Shown: positions 20,772 to 30,165, numbered from the stretch's first letter. The stretch is 64,000 nucleotides of DNA from an uncultured Candidatus Entotheonella sp. (GCA_965217185.1 OZ244252.1:928001-992000); one strand, 5' to 3'. The notes: generated by a model not told the origin, from the letters alone. Made by a program: numbers and translations.

Positions 20772-21947
20772 ATGTGGCTGCCGGAGCGCATGAAGTTTGG
20801 CATCTTTCTCGGCCCCTTCCATCGCGTGGGGGAAAACCCGACCCTTGCCATGGACCGCGATCTCGAGTTGATTCAGTGGCTCGATTACCTGGGTTATGAC
20901 GAAGCGTGGATCGGCGAGCACCACAGCTCAGGATGGGAGATCATCTCCTCCCCCGAACTGTTCATCGCCGTGGCGGCGGACCGCACGCGCTACATCAAGC
21001 TGGGCACCGGCGTCATCAGCCTGCCCTACCACCACCCACTCATGGTTGCCAATCGCATGGTGCAGCTCGATCACATGACGCATGGCCGCGTCATGTTGGG
21101 CGTCGGACCGGGGGCATTGCCCGGCGACGCCTACATGATGGGCATCGACGCCATGACGCAGCGGGCGCGTATGGACGAGGCGATGGGTATCATTCTGCGG
21201 CTGTTCACCGAGACGGAACCCCTGACTTACAAGAGCGAGTGGTTTGAGCTCAACGAGGCGCTTCTGCAAATCCGCCCCTATCAGAGGCCGCATATGCCGC
21301 TCGCCGTCGCCTCCGTGCAGTCGCCTGCCGGGGTGGCGTTGGCCGGAAAGTACGGCGCTGCGGTTTTGACCATCACGACACCGCGCGATCCCTCTTCCGG
21401 CGGCACCGACCTGAAAGGCCTGTGGACAATTGCTGAGCAGTCGGCTGCCGAGCACGGCCAAGAAGTGAATCGTGCGGACTGGCGGCTGGTCCTGCCTGTA
21501 CACTTGGCCGAAACCCGTAAGGAAGCGCTGGATCAGGCACGTCTCGGCGCCGGGCGCTACCAGCGAGAGTATTTCGAGAAGACCATGGGCCGGGCGCAGA
21601 TAATTGATGGCCCCCTGGACAAGGTGATCGACGGTATGGTCGAACGCGGTGCCTGGATCGTTGGCACGCCGGACGACTGCGTGGCCGGCATCAAGCGTCT
21701 GGCGGAGCAAAGCGGCGGTTTTGGCGGGTTTCTGGTGCAAACGGTCGATTGGGCGCCGCGCGAGGCGATGCTGCACAGCTACGAGCTGCTGGCGCGTTAC
21801 GTAATGCCGCAGTTCCAGGGAAGCGCGGTGGGCACATCGGCCTCAAATGCATGGGCTTATGACCGGCGCGAGGTGCTCATGGCGGGGCGCGCGCGGGCCA
21901 TCGACCACGCCCGCCAATCGTATGCGCACCGGCACGCTGTTTCATAA
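20772..21947 (+). CDS. LLM-class (luciferase-like) oxidoreductase
   Basis: FGIFLGPFH, EAWIGEHHS, LGTGVISLPYHHP, YELLARYVMPQF. Confidence 0.92.
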   Translation: MWLPERMKFGIFLGPFHRVGENPTLAMDRDLELIQWLDYLGYDEAWIGEHHSSGWEIISSPELFIAVAADRTRYIKLGTGVISLPYHHPLMVANRMVQLDHMTHGRVMLGVGPGALPGDAYMMGIDAMTQRARMDEAMGIILRLFTETEPLTYKSEWFELNEALLQIRPYQRPHMPLAVASVQSPAGVALAGKYGAAVLTITTPRDPSSGGTDLKGLWTIAEQSAAEHGQEVNRADWRLVLPVHLAETRKEALDQARLGAGRYQREYFEKTMGRAQIIDGPLDKVIDGMVERGAWIVGTPDDCVAGIKRLAEQSGGFGGFLVQTVDWAPREAMLHSYELLARYVMPQFQGSAVGTSASNAWAYDRREVLMAGRARAIDHARQSYAHRHAVS

Positions 21948-22044
21948 CCGCGCGTCTTTTTCCTTCCCTTGATGGAAGAAATGCATAATTGCACGGCATT
22001 GTGTTATGATGCAAACTCCATTCCCAAACAGGAGGAAGGCCAGC

Positions 22045-22308
22045 ATGACGAACGTTTACGTTGGTAATTTGCCGTTCAGTACGACCGAGGAAGAAATACG
22101 CGACATGTTCAGTGCTTATGGAACCGTGGACAACGTCAGTTTGATCACGGACCGGGAAACCGGGCGGCTTCGAGGCTTTGGATTCGTCGAGATGTCGAGC
22201 GGCGCAGATGAGGCCATTGCTGCTCTTAATCAAAACGAAGTCGGTGGCAGACGCTTGGTCGTGAATCTCGCCAAGCCGCGGGAGGAACGCCGTCCGCGGC
22301 GCTGGTAG
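22045..22308 (+). CDS. RRM RNA-binding protein (Rbp type)
   Basis: RNP2 VYVGNL, RNP1 RGFGFVEM; RBS AGGAGG. Confidence 0.95.
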   Translation: MTNVYVGNLPFSTTEEEIRDMFSAYGTVDNVSLITDRETGRLRGFGFVEMSSGADEAIAALNQNEVGGRRLVVNLAKPREERRPRRW

Positions 22309-22451
22309 CTTTAGGGCCTTCATCGGCCCTGGAATCGCGTCTCTCGGCACCCCGTTAAAGGTACCCAGTTTTGACCTTGACCCTCGACCATGTCGTGTGT
22401 TAATAGTCTCCGAGCTAATCACTTTCACACTCTTCACCAAGTAAAGCGCTG

Positions 22452-22568
22452 ATGAACTTCGGCTCGACGGTTATCCAAGGTATTTCTTCCCACTGCACCC
22501 ACGGCACCGGCGGTGCGTGCTGTAGCTGCGAAGGCCACAACACCTTCAGACGGGGGAGATTCGGATAA
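22452..22568 (+). CDS. Putative Cys-rich leader peptide, 38 aa (MNFGSTVIQGISSHCTHGTGGACCSCEGHNTFRRGRFG)
   Basis: Hand translation; 4 Cys codons; lies just before a terminator and the sulfite reductase gene; RBS weak. Confidence 0.55.
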   Translation: MNFGSTVIQGISSHCTHGTGGACCSCEGHNTFRRGRFG

Positions 22569-22607
22569 GCAACGTCTATTAGAAACCGGTTTTTCAGACG
22601 ACATGCC

Positions 22608-22645
22608 AAGCCCACTCCCTGTTTGCAGGTGAGTGGGCTTTTTTT
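22608..22645 (+). terminator. Intrinsic terminator (attenuator) upstream of the reductase gene
   Basis: AAGCCCACTC-CCTG-TTTG-CAGG-T-GAGTGGGCTT-TTTTT. Confidence 0.85.
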
Positions 22646-22717
22646 GTTCCCGCACGGCGCCGGGAAGCTGGCGCATAGCACCCCCCCCCGACATCGACAC
22701 GGTAAGGAAAATAGCCA

Positions 22718-24970
22718 ATGAGCGCTACCACCTGGAAGGAACGCCTGAATGGTTGTCTGCCGGCGGCCTTGGAAGAGGAAATCACCATTTTCGAGACGCA
22801 ATTGACGTTGAAGCGTCAAGGCAAGATTGACGACAAGATTTTTGCCGAAACGCGTCTGCGGCGCGGGGTCTATGGACAGCGCTACGACAATGGGCAACGC
22901 CACGACGGCGTGGAAACGCGGCCGTTGAGTTATCCGTGCGAGAGTCTCACCAAGGGGCCGCAAACGGTGTGGGACGCGCCCGGCATGCAGCGCATCAAAA
23001 TTCCCTTTGGCGGCCTCAACGCCGAGCAAATGGAGACGCTGGCCGACTTGGCGGAAGAGTATTCCGATGCCATCTGCCACGTCACCACCCGGCAGGATTT
23101 TCAACTCCATTTCGTTCATATCGACGATACCCCCGACCTCATGCGGCGCTTGGTCGCGGTGGGCATCACCACGCAAGAAGCATGCGGCAACGTGGTGCGC
23201 AACGTCACCGCCTGCCCCTTGGCCGGCGTTTGCAGCGACGAGAGCTTCGACGTAACCCCCTATGCCCACGCTTTGACGTATTTCCTGCTGAATCACAAGG
23301 ACGCCCAGGATTTTGGCCGCAAGTTCAAAATCGCGTTTTCGGGCTGCACCGACCACGCCTGCGGCTTGGCCAACATGCACGATCTCGGCCTGATTGCCAA
23401 AACGAGGGTGGAAAACGGCCAATCTCGGCGCGGTTTCACCTTCTACGTCGGCGGCGGCTTGGGGGCCGTGCCGCATCAGGCGCAGGTGCTGGACGATTTT
23501 GTTGCTGAGAAAGAGATTCTGCCGCTGGCCCAGGCGGTCTGTCGGGTCTTCGCGCGGCTGGGCGAAAAGAAGAACCGCGCGCGGGCGCGCCTGAAATTTC
23601 TCATAGCCAAGCTGGGGATCGAGGAATTTCGGCGGCTGGTGCTGGAAGAACGGGCGATTCTGCCGCCGGACGAGCGCTGGACGCTCTATATGGACAACCT
23701 CGGCCTCACGGACGAAGCCCCCGCACGACCGGCCGGCGCCCTGCCGGAGCAACCGCATCCCGAAGGGTTTGCCGATTGGATGGCGAGCAACGTCATGTTC
23801 CAGAGCCAACCCGGCTACGCCGTGGCGACGGTCTGTCTGCCCTTGGGCGACCTCACCTCCGAGCAACTGCGCACCCTGGCCGACATCACGCGCCGCTACA
23901 ACGGTGGCCGCGCCCGCACCACGGTTGAGCAAAACATCGTGCTGCGTTGGATCAGTCAGGCCGACCTGCCCGGCCTCTATACCGATCTTGCGACGGTCGG
24001 CCTGGCGGAATCCGGGGCTTCCACCCTGAGCGACATCACCGCCTGCCCGGGCACGGATACCTGCAAGCTCGGCATTTCGTCATCGCGCGGTCTGGCGGCG
24101 GAACTGCGCCAGCGGGCGTCGGCGTGCAACGGCCAACTCGACCCGTCCGTTAAGGACCTGAAGATCAAGATCAGCGGCTGCTTCAACTCCTGCGGTCAGC
24201 ATCACGTGGCCGACATTGGTTTCTATGGCGTCAGCCGCAAGTCGGACAATCACGCGGTGCCGCACTTTCAGGTGGTGCTGGGCGGTCAGTGGACCGAGAA
24301 CGCCGCCGCATATGGCCTGGCCACCGTGGCGGTGCCGTCGAAGCGTGTGCCGGAGGCGGTGGAGCGCATTACGGACTTCTACGTGGCGGAGCGGGAGCCG
24401 GAGGAAACGTTTCAGGCTTTCATCAAACGCGCCGGCAAGGCCAAAATCCGCACGCTCCTTCAGGACCTGACGAAGGTGCCGGTGTATGCCGAGGACAGTT
24501 CCCACTATTCCGATTGGGGTGACCCGCGCGAATACAGCCTCGGCGACATGGGCGTTGGCGAGTGCGCCGGTGAGGTGGTGTCGCTGACCGAATTCGGGCT
24601 GGCCAGCAGCGAGCGGCAGGTTTTCGAGGCGCAGGTCGACCTGGACAATCGGGACTTTTCCAAGGCGTCGCAAACGGCTTTCCAGGCCATGCTGGAGGCG
24701 GCCAAGGCCCTCATTCAGGTGTACAACATCGACGTCATCAACGATGCGGACCAGATCGTCGAGGAATTCCGGCGTCGCTTTTACGATACCGAGTTGTTCC
24801 ACGATCCCTACGCCGGGGCCAAGTTTGCCAATTACCTGTTTCACGCCGCCAACGGCGGCCGGGCCGATACCAGCCCGGCGGCGGTTCACCGGCGCATCGA
24901 GGAAGCCCAGCTTTTCATCGAGGCGGCCTATTCCTGCTACAACCGCCTCGGTCAGCGGCAACCGGTGTAA
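22718..24970 (+). CDS. Siroheme/[4Fe-4S] sulfite (or nitrite) reductase with a C-terminal helical extension
   Basis: RLRRGVYGQR, MQRIKIP, HVTTRQD.Q, RKFKIAFSGC, CPGTDTC and SGCFNSCGQH cluster ligands. Confidence 0.9.
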   Translation: MSATTWKERLNGCLPAALEEEITIFETQLTLKRQGKIDDKIFAETRLRRGVYGQRYDNGQRHDGVETRPLSYPCESLTKGPQTVWDAPGMQRIKIPFGGLNAEQMETLADLAEEYSDAICHVTTRQDFQLHFVHIDDTPDLMRRLVAVGITTQEACGNVVRNVTACPLAGVCSDESFDVTPYAHALTYFLLNHKDAQDFGRKFKIAFSGCTDHACGLANMHDLGLIAKTRVENGQSRRGFTFYVGGGLGAVPHQAQVLDDFVAEKEILPLAQAVCRVFARLGEKKNRARARLKFLIAKLGIEEFRRLVLEERAILPPDERWTLYMDNLGLTDEAPARPAGALPEQPHPEGFADWMASNVMFQSQPGYAVATVCLPLGDLTSEQLRTLADITRRYNGGRARTTVEQNIVLRWISQADLPGLYTDLATVGLAESGASTLSDITACPGTDTCKLGISSSRGLAAELRQRASACNGQLDPSVKDLKIKISGCFNSCGQHHVADIGFYGVSRKSDNHAVPHFQVVLGGQWTENAAAYGLATVAVPSKRVPEAVERITDFYVAEREPEETFQAFIKRAGKAKIRTLLQDLTKVPVYAEDSSHYSDWGDPREYSLGDMGVGECAGEVVSLTEFGLASSERQVFEAQVDLDNRDFSKASQTAFQAMLEAAKALIQVYNIDVINDADQIVEEFRRRFYDTELFHDPYAGAKFANYLFHAANGGRADTSPAAVHRRIEEAQLFIEAAYSCYNRLGQRQPV

Positions 24971-24990
24971 TCCAGGAGGAAAGCAAGGCC

Positions 24991-25611
24991 ATGGAAAGCG
25001 TGAAGGTTGACCTTAAATTGTTCCTCCAGGGATCCGCCGATGTCGAGCTGGAAGATGTCATTCCCGTCTTTCACGACTGGATTCAACACCAGCGTCTCGA
25101 CGAACTGCTCATTGACGTTGTGGATTACCGCCACGTTCACGATGGGCCGGGTGTGATGCTGATTGCCCACGACGCGCATTACGCGATGGATATGGCCGAT
25201 GGCCACATGGGCCTCTTATACAGCCGCCGGCGCGAAACCCACCCGGCCCGAAACGCCATCCAAAGCGTGACGGAACGTCTGCAGTCTGTCCTGCAATGCG
25301 CCCTGGCAGCGTGTCAACGCCTCGAAACGGAGCCGGCTCTGCAAGGCCGTCTGAAGTTTCGCGGCGATGAACTGCTGTTACGCATCAACGACCGGCTGGT
25401 GTCCCCTACTCTCGCCAATTTCGACGACCTGCAGACGCACTTGCAACCGGTCCTGGCACGGCTTTACCCGGATCATCAGGTGGAAGTGCAGAGTTGCGGC
25501 GGGTCGGATTCTCGTTTAGCGGTGGCGATCAAGGTTGCCGAAGATGCGGGGGTGGCGACGCTTTGTAGCCGGCTGGACGGCAGCGGCGTGAGGACGGCTG
25601 TGGGGTCGTGA
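24991..25611 (+). CDS. Conserved-looking hypothetical protein downstream of the reductase
   Basis: 206-aa ORF with AGGAGG RBS; IPVFHDWIQ...LLIDVVDYRHV..GPG. Confidence 0.75.
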   Translation: MESVKVDLKLFLQGSADVELEDVIPVFHDWIQHQRLDELLIDVVDYRHVHDGPGVMLIAHDAHYAMDMADGHMGLLYSRRRETHPARNAIQSVTERLQSVLQCALAACQRLETEPALQGRLKFRGDELLLRINDRLVSPTLANFDDLQTHLQPVLARLYPDHQVEVQSCGGSDSRLAVAIKVAEDAGVATLCSRLDGSGVRTAVGS

Positions 25612-25728
25612 TGCGCCTGTAAGCGAGAAGGAGCGTCGCAAGGAGTGCGCCGACCATATCCGAGAGCAGTGAAAGGGTAAATTTGTCCACTATCAGAACC
25701 ATGGCCCTAGCACTCCGGCACCGCTGCT

Positions 25729-25944
25729 TTATGCCTCGCCCCTTCCCTGAATCTCAATATGTAGGCCCTTCACGATCAGCCTCAGGGTCGCTTCAACCGC
25801 CGCCAGCCGCTCCTTGATGCCTGCAATGTCTGCCTGTATGCCATCTAGTCTTGTATCCAGCCCGTTAAGGCGTGCGTCCAAACGCCAGACAAGGCCCAGG
25901 ACAGCTACACCGACGCCGAGGATTGCCCAAAACTCGGCACTCAT
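25729..25944 (-). CDS. Small TM + coiled-coil protein (71 aa)
   Basis: MSAEFWAILGVGVAVLGLVW followed by LDARL/LDTRL heptads; GGAG RBS. Confidence 0.7.
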   Translation of the reverse strand: MSAEFWAILGVGVAVLGLVWRLDARLNGLDTRLDGIQADIAGIKERLAAVEATLRLIVKGLHIEIQGRGEA

Positions 25945-26087
25945 GCCTCGACTCCTTCCTGCGCCTTGAGCGACCTGACAAGGCACGCATCATATCTTTC
26001 ATCGTCTGTCAGTCGTCGCATGCGGAATCTCCCAAAGTTGTGCCCTTGCTGATGCTGCTGCATCATAATAATACTCAGCACATACAG

Positions 26088-26615
26088 CAACACCAGCGTC
26101 TCGACGAACTGTTCATTGACGTTGTGGATTACCGCCACGTTCACGATGGGCCGGATGTGATGCTGACTGCCCACGACGCGCATTACGCGATGGATATGGC
26201 CGATGGCCACATGGGCCTCTTATACAGCCGTCGGCGCGAAACCCACCCGGCCCGAAACGCCATCCAAAGCGTGACGGAACGTCTGCAGTCTGTCCTGCAA
26301 TGCGCCCTGGCAGCGTGTCAACGCCTCGAAACGGAGCCGGCTCTGCAAGGCCGTCTGAAGTTTCGCGGCGATGAACTGCTGTTACGCATCAACGACCGGC
26401 TGGTGTCCCCTACTCTCGCCAATTTCGACGACCTGCAGACGCACTTGCAACCGGTCCTGGCACGGCTTTACCCGGATCATCAGGTGGAGGTGCAGAGTTG
26501 CGGCGGGTCGGATTCTTGTTTGGCGGTGGCGATCAAGGTTGCTGAGGATGCGGAGGTGGCGACGCTATACAGCCGGCTGGACGGCAGCGGCGTGAGGACG
26601 GCCGTAGAGTCGTGA
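26088..26615 (+). pseudogene. 5'-truncated second copy of the 24991-25611 gene
   Basis: Lacks the first 31 codons; nonsynonymous changes relative to the first copy. Confidence 0.8.
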
Positions 26616-26638
26616 GGTGCCTGGAACAGTCGCATAAC

Positions 26639-27566
26639 CTACAAGGCTTCCGTCTCGAAATAGTCTTCGTCGACCCGTTTGATTTCATGGGTGCGCACGC
26701 CAATATCGTGTGTGACCATCAGGCGTGCCAATTCTTTCCCGTCAATCAGGCCAATACGCTTTGGACTCCGCTTCACATAGTCCTTAGGCGGCGCGCGTGA
26801 AGGCGGCGGTGGTGACAAATACCCCATTACTCGCGCCCGCCGCGTCGAGCGCCCCGGCAAAATTGCGCACGTCATTTTCACCCACGACATTACCATCAGC
26901 GTACCTCTTAGCCTGAAAGTTAGCCTGAAAGTAAATCTCGTTCAGACCGAGTGCGTCTTCCTTGATCGTGCTGTCAATTCCGCCATCGCCCGAGCGTCCG
27001 GTTACACGACCCATAGCAGCATCGCCGCCGCCATAGCCCATAGCGATTAGCAGATCAAGGACCACCTGCTCGAAAAACGCTGGCGCCACCTTGCGAACTC
27101 GCTCCAGTATTTCGGCCTCCAGTAAATCGGGTAACTTCGCGTCGTCATGGCGTGATGTCCTTTCCGGGGTATTCGCAGATTCGTGGGTTGGTGGCGGGGC
27201 ATTCGGTTTCTTTTCCTTAGGCTGTTCAAGTTCCCGTTCCACGAAGCTCGGGTAGGTACGGAGCAAATTCCTATCAATCCGCGCAGGCTCCTTCGCCAGC
27301 AGTTGCTTGCCTTCCTCTGTCAGTTGATAGACGCCCTGGCGTGCCCGCTTTACTAAATTTGCGTACCCCATAAGCCTTAATGCCCGGCTTATCCATCTCG
27401 TGAACACCGTCTGGTGGCCGCCGGGCATCATCTCTTGCAGATCGTCCGGCGTCAGTCCTGCGGCTTCAGCGACGCGCGTACGCACTTCAGAAATCTGAAT
27501 CTCCATGCCGTCGGAAAGCGCCTTGAGAGTTGGGAGCATCAGCAATTGATAATCGGGGATAGGCAT
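26639..27566 (-). pseudogene. mrr: Mrr-family type IV restriction endonuclease, frameshifted near 26785
   Basis: MPIPDYQ Mrr_N start; FFEQVV.DLL.AMGYG, SGDGGID, QAKRY, GVFVTT; C-terminus (LIDGKELARLM) in another frame. Confidence 0.85.
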
Positions 27567-27825
27567 CAGTTTTCTCTCCATGTCCACCTACGCCGCGGTT
27601 TATTGGGGCTTCGCTCACTCGGCGATTCGGTGGCCCGTGTTGTCACCCCTCTCACGGCTTCTTGGTGGCGTGTCGGTATTTTCTTGGCACTTTCATCTCC
27701 TCTATTCGCGTCATCTCTTCGCCGATTTCTTCAGTGGACTGAGGATGTTGACTCCTAAAGCGCCGATTCTTTGCGTTTGTGCCATTAGTTAGCATGGGTC
27801 CTCCAGAAAGTGGGAATATAACCTT

Positions 27826-28701
27826 GTAGAGTCGGCAACTGGCGCGGTAACGGTAGGCCGATGGGGTAGCTGTTGCCGGCGGCTTTCGCAATGCCGGTGC
27901 CTCACTCCTCGCCGTGGCTCCGTTTCCAGTCGCCGCTCTCCGAACCGAGCAGGCGGATTTACCGCACTCGGCTCTCCAGTGGGATCATGCGTCTCGCACA
28001 CGGAACACCCTGGCAACCGCGCACAGCAGGTGATCTTGCGAAAGCGGCACGACTTCCGCCCTGCGGCGCGCGGCGCTTTCAGTGGACCGCCGAGCCTGTT
28101 GACGCCTCGACGACCCCGCGTCTTGGGGGCACGGCTCCTTCACTTGGGCATGTGATGCTGCCGGGTTTTCCGGTCATTGTTCGGGGTAATAGGCATGGCC
28201 ACTCCCGAGACCCTTCTCCCTTTGGACATCGCTCCTCACCTGAGGCCCCTTCCCTCCACCGGTATTACCCGGTTTCCCCGGTACTGCGGGCCTCTCCGCC
28301 ACCCTCACCGGCCTGACCTGACCCTCGCGGGCTGTCAGTTGGCGCGTGCCACGCCACCGGCCAGGGCTTCCCGTGTTGCGTCCATTCCCCTCTTCCATGC
28401 GTGCTGCCGCCAATACCCCGGCGGAACCCGTCGGTGCGTGTGTCGCTCACTTCCCGACCGGTGTCAGCCTTCCCTGTTATCAGGGCGGGTCGGCTTCCGC
28501 GTCATACCCTTTCGAGGCCTGCTCGGCGTTTACTCGCGTTGCGGCCCGCATGGTCGCTAAGCCGCCCTTGGCGGCCCGTTACATCGGAGTGCTTCAGACG
28601 ATGTCGTTACCTCCATCATCCGCTCCGACTGCTACCGGCTGGAACGACAGTTGCCGGGCGGGATTCGCACCCGCTGAAGAATGGCGCCTTCCACGGCGCA
28701 C
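27826..28701 (-). mobile_element. ORF-less group II intron (876 nt, IIB-like / bacterial class E-like)
   Basis: 5' GTGCG; domain V GAGAGCCGAGTGCGGTAAATCCGCCTGCTCGGTTCGGAGAG; long domain VI ending GACTCTAC; EBS1 CTGATAA complementary to the 5' exon end TTATCAG; no RT ORF. Confidence 0.88.
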
Positions 28702-28826
28702 CTGATAAGGGAGGTTATATCGCCTTCGGACGTCTCCCTCTAACTTGGCGGGAAGATACCGATAAATTGTGCTACACCAAGTCGGTATTTGGCATAAAAC
28801 TGCCTCTCTTTGAGATTCTGCCATTG

Positions 28827-30165
28827 CAATACATCGGACAGTTTTGACAAAGTAGCCGCACGAGCCCTCCAATTCTAGAGTTGTGTTAGCCAACGCAACC
28901 AAGAATGGAGGTGCTCCGTGCGACTGCTTCAGAGTGTACTTGCGACGTTACCCCAAACCAAGAAACCGCAACGAAAGTTCATTACCCATCTGCTGGGGCT
29001 TGTGCTGATGCTTCCCGGCCACGCCACGTTTCGTAATCTCAGCCGCTACAGTTCCTATCACGAACGTACGTTTGCGCGGTGGTATGGACGCCCGTTTGAC
29101 TTTGTCGCACTCAACAAAGCAGCGATTACCCAAGTGATTGCGCCCGACCATCAACAGGCCCTCGTTATCGACGCCAGCTTTATCCCCAAAAGTGGCACCC
29201 ACACCTATGGTCTTGAACGCTTCTGGAACAGCCGCCAGCGGCGCAGTGAAAAAGGGCTGGAAGTCTCCGCTGTAGCCTGGCTCGACATCACCGACAGATG
29301 CGCCTATGGCCTCAGTGTCGAGCAGACACCCCCAAGCGACAAGACCTCGGAGCCACAAGGCACACGCATCGATGCCTATCTGGAGCAATTGCAGCGTGTG
29401 GTCTGTGACCATCACCTGGGTCATCTACGCTACGTGATAGCGGATGGCTATTACAGCAAACGTAAATTCCTCGATGGGGTTCGCGCCTTGGGGCTTCACC
29501 AGATTGGCAAACTGCGCCGTGACGCCAATCTGCGCTATCTCTACCAAGGACCGGGGCGCTCAGGACCGGGGCGACCCAAGACCTATGACGGTAAGAGCCT
29601 GCCCTGAACTTGATTCAGGGTCCAGTGGGACGACCTGTCACGCTTTGAACGGGTACAGAGCGAAGACGACGACGTGGTGCTCTACCATCAAGTCCTCAAC
29701 CACGTCCATCTTCGGCGCAATCTGCGTGTGGTGCTCGTCGTCGATACCCATACCCAGCGTCGGGCGATCCTGTTCAGCAGCGATACCGACTTGGATGCGC
29801 AGACGCTTTATCGTGGATACAAAGCACGCTTCCAAATCGAGTTTCTCTTCAGGGACGCCAAGCAGTTTACGTCTCTGAGTGCCTGTCAAGCGCGCTCGCA
29901 GGCCAAGCTGCATTTTCATTTCAATGCCAGTATGAGTGCTCTGACCTTGGGCAAGCTGGAAGCACGACAGCAAGGCGGCGGTGCCCAGGCAGGGTTTTCC
30001 ATGGCGAGTCTCAAACGGCGCGCCTTCAACCAACATCTGCTGGAGCGAATTTCTCGGCATTTAGCCCACGGGCATAGCCTGGAAAAATCCAGCCCCGATT
30101 ACCAAGACCTTTGTAACTATGGCATCATCACTGACAGGGCGGCTTGAGGACTGTCCGAAGTATTG
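28827..30165 (+). mobile_element. Insertion sequence (IS701/IS4-like DDE), 1339 bp
   Basis: TIRs CAATACATCGGACAGT / ACTGTCCGAAGTATTG; 6-bp TSD CCATTG at 28821-28826 and 30166-30171. Confidence 0.92.
28918..30147 (+). pseudogene. DDE transposase interrupted by a 24-bp insert carrying two TGA stops
   Basis: LVIDASFIPKSG, IADGYY, YKARFQIEFLFRDAKQ; both ORF halves are in the same frame. Confidence 0.88.

Larger units (their letters stand above)
25084..26615 (+). repeat. About 530-bp imperfect direct repeat (25084-25611 and 26088-26615)
   Basis: Constant 1004-nt offset; roughly 15 substitutions, mostly near the 3' end. Confidence 0.95.

Noticed and set aside
20526..20924. 133-aa N-terminal extension of the PQQ dehydrogenase in the ORF track
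   Set aside because: Overlaps the divergent LLM gene; RBS and signal peptide point to ATG 20525
22470..22570. SAM-I or cobalamin riboswitch in the reductase leader (TTATCC...GGATAA looks like a P1 helix)
   Set aside because: The conserved SAM-I core (AUC-AGAG, kink-turn GA, GCAACC, GUGC-AA) and the B12 box are absent; the uORF model fits better
22415..23932. Long antisense ORFs (e.g. 505 aa here, also 6182-7399, 19473-20543, 35333-36433, 39921-41036)
   Set aside because: Shadow frames of well-supported genes in high-GC DNA; no recognisable motifs
27590..27800. Short ORFs between mrr and the intron
   Set aside because: Only fragments under 50 aa in several frames; probably a decayed gene but not assignable
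27812..28725. Intron target as an integron attC site (TAAC...GTTA)
   Set aside because: Only about 15 nt between the core motifs, far shorter than attC; no integron integrase; intron is not IIC-like
29605..29613. In-frame TGA codons in the transposase as selenocysteine or programmed read-through
   Set aside because: Both lie within a 24-bp foreign insert; no redox motif
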